A stretch of 64,000 nucleotides of DNA from Gnetum montanum (lineage: Eukaryota > Plantae > Gnetophyta), in assembly GCA_015680685.1 (NCBI GenBank), contig MNCI01001641.1:70843-134842 (forward strand). The letters run 5' to 3'. The notes beneath the pieces are model-generated. The model was not told where the DNA came from. It worked only from the letters and a program-made list of their open reading frames with translations, and did not search any database. Made by a program: the position numbers and the translations under genes. Within the stretch, counting starts at the first letter, position 1. Every line of letters begins with the position of its first letter. Below are positions 14,321 to 24,770 of this stretch, in pieces.

Positions 14321-14930
14321 GGCCAGAACCAGGATGGTTCAAAGGATGATATTGTGAAGTCTGTATTTGAAATAGAAGCATAAAATGTATCTTCTGATGC
14401 TTTGAAGGCTGCATTGGATGAAGCTCATGCTAGGGCCGGGATCGCGGTGCAAGTGGCAATGACGTCTTTATCGAGAAGAATGTCCCAGTCACCATCCCAG
14501 TAGATCAGGAGCTCAGTTCCACGCTCTCGCCTTCGAATCTCATCACGTCCACAGGCATGAATTCTTGCGATTTGGCCAGAGAACACATTGCGCATGCTAC
14601 CTTTGATTTTTCTATGTCTGTGCCGTCCACCATTATTGCATCTACCGAGCTCTGTTGCTGGGTGGAATGATCGACCATTTCATGGAAACACTGGCTCCAT
14701 GCCCATGCCGATTCCTACGGTTGCGGTTTCAGCAGAGCCGTTGCTGAAGACAGAGATGGCACTCTACAACCGTTGTCAATAACGATGATTATGGTGGTGG
14801 TAGTTCATGGCCGTTACAACCAAACGGAAAGACGATGAAACAGGAAGAGGTTTAGCAGTAGCCACCGCCACAAGACAGGCCGTTTCTGAGCTGAACATGG
14901 ACATAAACGTGGATGTTGATATTGTTGATA
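14321..14930. pseudogene. Further coding-like captured fragments, unidentified
   Basis: GC- and CpG-rich. + frame DGSKDDIVKSVFEIEA*NVSSDALKAALDEAHARA. Minus frame from ~14900 MSMFSSETACLVAVATAKPLPVSSSFRLVV.. with stops at positions compatible with CGA/CAG deamination. Confidence 0.45.
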
Positions 14931-15179
14931 TTTCACATGCTTTTCCTTCCACCAAACCTTTTTAATCAAATTTAATTTGATTTTCGTTTTGCTTTATTTA
15001 AGAAAGAAGTAAAGGGTATATTGTTATTATTTCAAAAGGAAAGAGAAGTTATAGGGCAGTTATTCAATGTTATATGTATGGAACAAGTGTCCTTTGCAAT
15101 TTTTAAATATCATGGTGGTGATAACTTCCCCTTGGTGGTTACAACTAGATTTTAATTTCCCATGGTACTTATAACCATC

Positions 15180-15420
15180 AAATAGGCCACTTGTCAACTA
15201 CAACCTCTTTATCTCAACTAAATGGGCCACTTGCCAACTAAACAAGACACTTGTCACCTATAACTTGTTTATCTCCATGGTGACCACTTGGCAACTAAAT
15301 GAAGACACTTGGTAACTACATAGGACACTTGTCAACCATAGCCTTTTTGTCTCTATGGTGGTTAAACCACCCAAGATATTTTGTAACTTCCCTACCTACC
15401 TTTGAACCCTATAAAAAGGC
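15180..15420 (+). promoter_or_regulatory. U3 enhancer array (six CACTTG E-box-like repeats) and TATA box of X
   Basis: gccacttgtcaact, gccacttgccaact, gacacttgtcacct, gaccacttggcaact, gacacttggtaact, gacacttgtcaacc, then ccctataaaaagg. Confidence 0.6.
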
Positions 15421-15544
15421 TTCAGGGGTCAAGGAGGAAGGATCATATTGGGGTCTCATACATCACACTTTTGAGAAGACATTGGGATCACACTTGGGCT
15501 CTCACTTGGAGACACACTTGGGGTCTTGAGAAGAGCATTGTAAA

Positions 15545-16089
15545 NNNNNNNNNNNNNNNNNNNNNNNNNNNNNNNNNNNNNNNNNNNNNNNNNNNNNNNN
15601 NNNNNNNNNNNNNNNNNNNNNNNNNNNNNNNNNNNNNNNNNNNNNNNNNNNNNNNNNNNNNNNNNNNNNNNNNNNNNNNNNNNNNNNNNNNNNNNNNNNN
15701 NNNNNNNNNNNNNNNNNNNNNNNNNNNNNNNNNNNNNNNNNNNNNNNNNNNNNNNNNNNNNNNNNNNNNNNNNNNNNNNNNNNNNNNNNNNNNNNNNNNN
15801 NNNNNNNNNNNNNNNNNNNNNNNNNNNNNNNNNNNNNNNNNNNNNNNNNNNNNNNNNNNNNNNNNNNNNNNNNNNNNNNNNNNNNNNNNNNNNNNNNNNN
15901 NNNNNNNNNNNNNNNNNNNNNNNNNNNNNNNNNNNNNNNNNNNNNNNNNNNNNNNNNNNNNNNNNNNNNNNNNNNNNNNNNNNNNNNNNNNNNNNNNNNN
16001 NNNNNNNNNNNNNNNNNNNNNNNNNNNNNNNNNNNNNNNNNNNNNNNNNNNNNNNNNNNNNNNNNNNNNNNNNNNNNNNNNNNNNNNNN
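15545..16089. other. Assembly gap
   Basis: Run of N. Confidence 1.
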
Positions 16090-16665
16090 TATTTCCATCG
16101 AATCTTGCTCTATTTCTAGTTTTCTTGTGGAACTATCTCTTTCTCTGGGGAAAATTAGGAGTAGATTGTGGAGTTGTGCTCAAATGTTTTTGCAAAATTT
16201 TATTTGTTACAAGTAGGTATTATAAGGACCGCGTAGACTAGGCAGTTGAACAAAATAGGAAATTTTCAACAACTCACAGTACTTGGAAAAGTTGGCTGAA
16301 TCTCTTTAAAGTAAGTCATTTGTAGTTTACACACAACGCAATCGTTTCATTTCACACAACCGCACGCCGCAACAGCACACACACATACTCGCATTAACTA
16401 CTGAGTTTATGTGGAAGTATTTGGACCTTGGTGTTGCCAGAGACCAGCAGGCACCTAAATCCTATTCGAGGGCACTCGTTCGCGGTCGCGTCCCAAACGG
16501 TCGCCAACACTAATCCCCCTTCCTTGCATGCCTAAGTGCTATATTTAGAGGCTAACATAGGAATCACAATATCATGTATACGATATCATATCTAGACTAC
16601 GATATTGCATACCCAATATTATGTACCCAATATTGAGGCCTAGCAAACTATGATTCATCAGTCCT

Positions 16666-16955
16666 TCTTTCCAAGATTCAAACCAAGTCCACAACACATT
16701 GTAGTGACATTGCATCATTTCATCATGTTGGCAAACAACCATAAGAGTATCTTAGCTGTGAGGAGTAACATCACTTGGTGTTTTGTCCATGGAAGGAACT
16801 TTATTATGGCACATGTTATTTTTTGATGATGGGATTTCTAAGAAGCCACCAACCTTCAAGCATGGGTACATGTATTTCTAATGAGACTTGAAAATGTTTA
16901 TTCAATGCCATTTTAGGTCACTCTTACTCTCACTTTTTTGTTAGGTTTAGAAGGA
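16666..16955 (-). mobile_element. Continuation of A0 internal non-coding region
   Basis: Homologous to A1 9320-9700 (accaagtcca, caaccataagag, ccaaccttca.gcatgggt.catgtattt). Confidence 0.7.
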
Positions 16956-18219
16956 TATGCATGCATCTCATTTCCAAATCATCTAGCCAAAGTTAGACAT
17001 ATTTGTCTCATATCTCTAATCTCAAACTAGTCATGCATGTTAAAAATTTAGTTAAGACATGGTAATGCAACATGATAAAGTAATGCTTACATCATGTTGC
17101 ATCATCCAGTTAGAATTAGAAAATTTTCCTATCTCATGTTGTCCATCTCAAACTTGTGATGTATACTAAAATCCTAGCTAATGAGCGGTGACTAGTCCCT
17201 ATGCCCAACCATACGAATCACAAGCATTACACTAGTGATCTAGTCAAATTTTGTGAACTTTAGCTACTAAATGCATAATAGGCAAGGTAGTAACTAAAAG
17301 ATGTGATTGTTTTCTTCTTGTCTTCACTTGTGGAAGTGCAACTATATGGTTAAGTGTAAGCTAAGGTACATGATTTTTATTGATTTTATATTTTATTTTA
17401 TTTAGTCTAAGTGTGAAAAAATGTAATTAATCATCAATTAACTAATTAACTATTTAATATATTAATCTAATTATCCTAACATAAACATCTAGGACCACCT
17501 TTCATGCACCTCATGAACTTGTTAGGAATGCTATTGGGTTACCAAGTGTTAGGCTATTGAGTGAACCAAGAGATAACACCACTAGGATTACCAAGCATTA
17601 ATGGTATGTTCAAGGCATTTTTACTTATGTTTGATTATTAAGTGTATTAATTAGCTAAGGACATGATTGTAAAATGCATAAATAATAAAGTACATAAATG
17701 AAAACATTAAACTATTCTAAAGTACTGCAAGGAGTTCCAAAAATCTAGTATTTATTGTTGGCACATCAAAGTGTTCAGGTACATTGATGTTTGAATAAGG
17801 ATCTATAAATTTCTTGAAGTCTACTGTGGGTACCTAGAAAATATTCTAACTCTAGTGCAAGAAAGCTACAAGATCTTGACTACTCTAGTGACTTCATGTG
17901 CTATAAATGTGATAGGTACATGCATTTACATAGGCAAAGATAATCACTACATCAATGCTTCTATCCATGTATCAACAAGGATGCATCGAGAGGGATGTAG
18001 CTCATTGAGTGATTTATCATACCTCCATGACCAACTAAAAAATCATCCTTGAGTAAACAAAAGTAGGATCGAGCTTCTTACAAAATTTAGAAGGTATGAA
18101 ATTATGAACTAACTAATTCGAGTAACTAACTCTAAGTGTCAAATTATACAAAATTGTAACAATTAAAAAAATGAGTATTTAGAAGAAGAAAATTGAACAC
18201 CCTTAAAAAATAGACAATT

Positions 18220-20744
18220 GAAATCCTCTAATAGCCAAAGTTGAGGAGAAGATCATACAATGCCAGGAGGTGGAGGCTCCTAGGATGCTAAAGGTTCTTC
18301 TTTAATCTTTGGCACTTGTTCTAATGGTAGATGAGGCTAAGGTGGTAGTTGCAACTATCTTGTTGTAGCTCCTACTTCAAGTGGAAGGCAAAAGACATGC
18401 AACCATGCCTTCATCTTCTTCTCCTTACTCCATGAATCATACATAGTCCATGTAGCATCACCAATGTGGGCTAGTATGGAAACGTTCCATGGACATGGCA
18501 TTACCTAGAATAATTCCTTGACATTGATGAACTAGGCTATGAATTATTTATGTTTAACATTGAATGTCTTGATGAAGTTCTACAGCTCATGGTAGTCATT
18601 CATTCCTCTGACTAGGTTCTTAGTAAATGATCACTAGTTTATAAACTGGCTCCTGAGAACTTCAATCTCTGCATTAGTTGTTTCTAGCTTCTACTTAGTG
18701 TCTTTGTGATACTCGAACTTGACCTCATAAAGGACGTATGAGTTGCCCACCTAATTTTCTAACTCTAATTATTACCTCCTAGCTATTAGTATCACCAAGT
18801 TTTCATAACAAGGGTAGGCTAACTTCAAGTACTTAGTTATCTACTTAATTCGTAATTCCTTTTGGTAGATCTTTGCCTTGTTGTAGGCATGTAATCTATC
18901 AATGATGGATACCACACATTACCTCTTTTCTAGAGTTACTAGAGGGCCTCATTCATCTTTTCCTTGGCCAGCTAAATTTCCTTTTCATTTACCTCTTTCA
19001 GTTTGTTCTAAAGTTTCAAAAAAGCTTCATCCCTTATAATGGCTTAGCTGAGAATGATGGGATCAACCAAGCAAGCTCTTAGTTCTAAAAATTTGATAAC
19101 CACCCATTGATTTTTGGCTATGGATATCTCAAGTTGGATGTTTGTAATGTGGAGCTTACCCTTGAACTCTAGTAGCTCCAACTAGGTAGTAGTGATTTCT
19201 TCCATTTGATCTAAGATCTTCAAAAGCATTTGTCTAGTTCCCACTACTTAATCCAACACTTCCTCATGTTGGGTTGTACTTAGCCTTGTACTTTCTACTC
19301 CTGCAAATTCCTACATGTCTTTGAGTGTAGTAATGTATGGCACAATAGTCATAGGAGCATTCAAGGCCTCTACAACTCAATTAGCTACAACCTTCATCAT
19401 TGTTTCCTATCCATGGTGTTGCATCACCAAGATAGTCAATCCCTCATTCTCTTCTAGGCACATTGAGAAAGTGATGGCATTTCTAGAGATCTTTGAGAAT
19501 TTTTGTCATTTAAGTATGGATATGGTTCCTTCTTGGGTGCATAGATTTGATCTCATGGGTGCCTACATCCCTTGTGTCAAAAAAAATGATGTAGTCTCTT
19601 CTAGTTAGCTAATGATTCATGTTACTTCACTAAGGTGACTCAACATTGACTAGTAGACTAAGGGCTCTCCATCATTTGGTTCTCCTTACTACTACTACAG
19701 GAGTTACTCACAAAGCTTCCTCATGTGCTCAATTGCTGCATGAGCCTTTAACATTGTTTCTTTAGTAGGTGGTGATGGTGGTGGCTACTCCTCTTCAAGA
19801 AACTTGGCAGGTGTCTTATCTTTCATCATCTCCTACCAAGATGAGGTATGAGCATGACAAAGCATGTCATTCTCATAATGGACTACTCCTCCCATTTTAC
19901 AAAGTTTCCTAATTAGACACAAAAAGGGAAGTGTCTTCCTCCCTTGCTCATTCTCTTTGAATCATTTTTCTATCTCCATGAAGATGATTTGGGGAAGATT
20001 GATAGAGTATTCTTTGGTTTGAACAATACATGCATAGGTAGAGAAGATAATGGTCTTGCTTAGCCTCACTATTAGGTTTAGGTGGTAGGCTACACTCTTG
20101 AAATAGGCCATCTCTACCTTAGTGAGTACACTATACTCCTTATGGTCCACTCAATAGCACTATTGGACCCATTCCATTTTGACACTAGGGTCTACTTATG
20201 TAGGAAGTGTTACCAAAGTTTCCCTAGGGTTAGATAACTTAAGGACCTTTACTATGGCCTTAACTAGGTAGGACATACTAACATCCTTGATTTTCATGGT
20301 CACATCCAACTAGCAATGTTTCTAGAAGAAGTAAGTCTCTCTCATATACCACTCTCCACTAGAAGTGAGGATGGACCACATGGGAGACCCTTGTAGTTAT
20401 TTCTTTACCACTTTTAGTGTTAGGTCCAAGAAGAAATCAAAGTTGAGTTCATAAAGAATAGTACTTTGGACCTTCTTAGAATATATTTGTTTCATGTAGG
20501 CCTTGGAGAAGGTAACCTCTAGATTTAGTCTAGGCCTTGGCACCTCATCTTGCCTAGACTATCTTATTTATACAATGGGAATATGATGAACAAATTCCAC
20601 TTTGGGCTCCTCCAAAAAAGGTCCCATGGTATGTGTCTCTACATTCCCTTCTTAGGATTGGTGTGCCTACTAGATCCTTCCCCCTCTCAATTGCTTCTCC
20701 TATGTTCAGGATGGTCCTTCTTCTTTTGGTCTCTTTGGCACCAT
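18220..20744 (-). pseudogene. Decayed accessory 'env-like' ORF of B
   Basis: Starts MVPKRPKEEG. Includes AYFKSVAYHLNL..FSTYACIVQTKEYSINLPQIIFMEIEK..TLPFLCLIRKLCK. Pro-rich C-terminus; 3' end approximate. Confidence 0.72.
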
Positions 20745-22619
20745 CTACGATCACACACATATCCAAGGATTATCATTTTATGTGTAACTTATAACACTCT
20801 GATACCTTATCCCATTTGGCCAGTTACACTTAGGCTAATCTATGACCATGGTAGGCTGATTATTTTAATATTATTTTATTACAATGGCTACATGAGTTTA
20901 TTGGTGAGGTTTAACTTAGGTGAATTAGTGATGTTTAATATTATTTTATTAGTTAAACCATTTGGGAGTTACAAAAATTACAAAAAAATTTTCATCAAAA
21001 ACCATAGTTTTGTGGTTCCCACAATGTAAAGCTCATATCTAATAGCTAAAGGATCAAAGAACAAGTTGATTCAAGCAAGAGGTTAGGTAGTTATGGATGT
21101 GGAAAGGCTCTGGGCTCTAAAAATTATAGAAACTCCACTAAAGGTAAATTTGAAAATTTTTCTAAATTCCATCACATATTTATATTATTTTTGCACTGCA
21201 TCAACACATCTAGCTGTAGCAATGCATTTGGCTATGTCAATGGGGATGCATTGACACAACCAAAAATAAAAATTTTTATTATGTAAAATCTAAGTAAGAA
21301 AGAGGAGTCTTTCCATGAAATTGGGTCTAGAGGAAACTAGAAAAGCCTAGAATAAGGAAAAATGCTTAAAGAGGGCTAGGAATACATTTGGAAAGGAGAT
21401 TTAGTAAAAGATTAATGGTCAATAAGTGTAAAAACTAGATGCACTAAGGTGGAAAACAAAGGTTTTGAAAGAAAAATGCCTAAGAAACTTAACCATCTCA
21501 TCCAAAGACTATGCAAGTGGATCCTTCCCATAGCAGGCTTATGTCCTTAATGCTCTTGCATGTCCTCAAACCAAGGAGTCTATGGGCTCCAAGGATGATT
21601 AATGATTGCAAATTATTAAAACCTAAATCATTAAAGAAACCATCAAAGAATTAAGACCGTCTCAAGATGAATCCACTGATACAATCATGAGAAAAGGCAA
21701 GGAGGTGGTACACAAGAAGAACAGGTGGATGAAAGAGAAAGAGTATGGAATAGAGTCCTACATTTTGGTTACATGAAGTTCCTTAAGAAGGATGTGATTA
21801 GTATGACCTAATAGCTTCTATCCTTAGTCAGAATTAAGAGCATCCACTTCTAGTGACTTCACATTGGCACATTAGATCATTTCACCTTGTAAGGTCCAAG
21901 AACATCCCCATAGACCACTCACTATTCCAAAGAAAGAAGAAAAGAGAAGCAGGAAGTGAAAATGGCCTTAGTTAGAGAGGTGTCTTTAGGCATGACCAAT
22001 GCTTGTAGCCCATTATTACATCTAAGGAGTGTGGTTGAATTTCCAATGTTTTTTTGTCTTTTGCCAATGGGAACCACACCATGCAAAGACATTACTTCTT
22101 GTTTATTGATTGACATAGGAATAGTTAGGAATCCATAGAAATACTCATGCAACCCCAGATGGTAGATAAGTGCAAAAGGTAAAAAATCCCTTTAAAGCCA
22201 TATTATTGTTCATGCACTTAATTCATCCCAAGTTTGAAAAGTACCAAGATCATAAATTCATTGTAAGTTGCTATTTAAAAAGGATATCATATTTTTGAAA
22301 AAAGGAAATGCCATGGAATTGTGTGAAATGGTGGATGACATGAACTCACTACTTAATATCATGAAAAAAATCAATTTTTCATTCATTAACTTCAAAGTTC
22401 TAAGATGAAATCGAATCATTTGCAATCAAGTAAACAATGCAAGTTACAAACCACCATCAATCAATAGTTGTATTTGGCATCAAAGTCCTTATGGTAATAA
22501 TTAAAAGGAAGATGCATAAGAAAAGTCCAAATAAGAAAAAAATATAGAAAAATTATAAAATATTAAAGAAAATGAAAAATTTTATAAAACAAAAAAGTTG
22601 AAAATTGAGGAGCCACTCA

Positions 22620-24770
22620 TATAGTATTAGAAAGGATGGACATGTCCCCCACAACTAAGTTAGACAAAGGCAATCTAGAAAATTGTAGATGCATTTCCAT
22701 TAGTTGAGACTTTTTCTTCATTGGTTGTTCTAGGTTTAAGAAAAGCTTTGAGTTGTTCGATGTTGAACAAAAATATTTTCCTTGGGCTATTAGGATGTTA
22801 TATCATTGTGGCCCCGAATGGAAAGGTTTCATATATAATGTAAGGATCCTCCCATAACATTTGAACTTTTGTCCATTGAGGCACATGCATGGGATTCTAG
22901 TAGAGCATCTTATCCCCTAGTTGAAATTTTACCTTCTGAATCTTAAGGTCCTAACATTATTTATTATGTGCCTTGTGCACTTCATTTAATAACAAGGCCA
23001 CTAATCTATTCTCTTCTATCATATTGAGATTCATCAATATTTCTCTTTGGGCTAGACTTAAGTTCAAGTCAAGGTCACATGCTATTGAAAGTGTATAGAG
23101 CTCAAATTGGATGGGAAATGTTGGAAGTTTTCCATACATGAGCTCATAGGGAGAATATCGAATAAGAAGTTTCCACATTGATAAATAAGCCTAAAGAGAA
23201 TCATTGAGTTTGTTGTTCTTATCCTTTCTATATTTATTAACTAGTCATGTTAGTATTTTGGTAATTTCCCTATTAGTAACCTTAGCTTGGCCATTAGCTT
23301 GGGGTGGTAAGGATTTGTTAGTTTATGTTCAACCCCCCAAGCATGCCATAAGCTTTCAAAAAGTGGCACCTGTAAAGTATGTTTCATTATTAGAAATTAG
23401 AGCTCATGGCATACCAAATATATTGATAACATTTTTTTGTATAAATCATGCTACCATAGAGGATGACCAATCAATGACAATAATGAATTTATCTCATTTG
23501 GTATAGTAGTAAACAATCACAATGATATAGGCCTTTTTTTTTGACATAGGATTGATGGACCCCATAAAATCAATCCTCCAAAGATTGAAAGGTTCTAATG
23601 GTTGGATCCACTATTGCAGCCCTTCTATGCATGTGATCATCCCTCCATCATGTTGGCATCAACTACAAGAATGGAAGAAGTGATGGACATCTCGGAAGAT
23701 CATGGACCAATTATATCCTACCATGAGGATCTTCATGGACATCCTCCTCCTAGCACAATGGCCCCCACAAGATCCCTCATGTATCTCCTAGAGGATTCAA
23801 AGCTGATCTACATCAGGGACATACCATTGTACTAGGCCATTGAGACAACTCTTGTAGATGTTATCCTCAATTTCCATGAAGTGCTTGGCTTCATGAATAA
23901 ACTATTATTGCTTCCTATGTTTTTCTTTCTAAGGCATCTTATGGATGAGTAGGTAGGATAGGTTGTTATCATACCAGCTTGTTTCCTTGAGATTTAAAGC
24001 ATTAACAACACCAAAAAAGAGAAGTTCATTAGAAACTTAATTAGATAATGAACTTTCCTTCTCATTACTATCCCATCGCAACCAAGAAAAATGATTAGCT
24101 ACCACATTCTTTGTCTCCTTTCAATCAACCATCATCAAATCAAAATCCTAGAGAATCACAAGTCACTGTATGACACAAGGGCTCACCATTGGTTTGTTCA
24201 TTAGAACCTACATGGCACTATGATCAGTGTGCACAAACACTTTGTATCTAAGCACATAGTGCCTAAAATTTTCTAGGAAATACACCATTGCCATAAGCTC
24301 CTTTTCAATGGTGGTGTAGTTGAGTTTTGCACTGACAATGATTCTGCTTGCACAATGGATGTAATATGGATGTTTTTTATCATCCAAATATGTAAGCACA
24401 ACCCCTAATGTATAATTGGATGCATCTTTCATGATGTGGAATGGCCTGGACTAGTCTAGTGCTCATAGAATTAGAGTTTTTACTAGTTTCTACTTTATTT
24501 TTTGGAATGTATTTTTACATTCCTTGGTCCAAACGAATGATGTATCTTTCTTGGTAAGTTCTACCAATGACTTGGTGATGTTTGAGAAGTGTTTGATGAT
24601 GTGCCAATAATAACTAGTGTGGCCAATGATTGACCTCATATCCTTCACTATTTTAGGTTATCTAGTTATTTCTTGGATGACTCTTAATTTCTTTGGGTTC
24701 ACCTGAATCCATTTATTTGAGATTTGATGCCCCAAGAAAATTCCCTCTTAGATCATCAAGTGGCTCTTTA
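22620..24770 (-). pseudogene. pol: Partial pol of B: RT C-terminus, RNase H, integrase
   Basis: EGIFLGHQIS; PFHIMKDASNYTLGVVL..LNYTTIEKELMAMV..FRHY..VHTDHSAM; HEGSCGGH; PFNLWRIDFMGP; SPYELMYGK. Athila-type signatures. Confidence 0.9.

Larger units (their letters stand above)
13351..16509 (+). mobile_element. Young LTR-type insertion X (solo LTR or collapsed element) carrying host gene fragments
   Basis: Termini TGTTGGC...GCCAACA. Exact TSD CTAAT at 13346-13350 and 16510-16514. The empty site tgatctaatcccc is visible in the sister LTR near 5005. TATA ccctataaaaagg near 15407. CpGs retained. Confidence 0.9.
4275..16660 (-). mobile_element. Non-autonomous Athila-like Ty3/gypsy LTR retrotransposon A1 (gag plus accessory ORF, no pol), inserted in A0
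   Basis: LTRs 4275-5141 and 12622-16660 with TGATGA..TCATCA ends. Exact TSD GTCCT at 4270-4274 and 16661-16665. PBS-like site 12603-12620. A0 sequence resumes after 16665. Confidence 0.92.
12622..16660 (-). repeat. 5' LTR of A1, interrupted by insertion X
   Basis: 12622-13350 and 16515-16660 together match 4275-5141. Confidence 0.92.

Noticed and set aside
15402-16241. Long ORFs spanning N runs (also 61905-62611)
   Set aside because: Artefacts of assembly gaps.
4275-16660. Tandem segmental duplication of 1-4270 as 5020-9300
   Set aside because: Explained by insertion of a related element into A0, shown by the GTCCT TSD and resumption of A0 at 16666.
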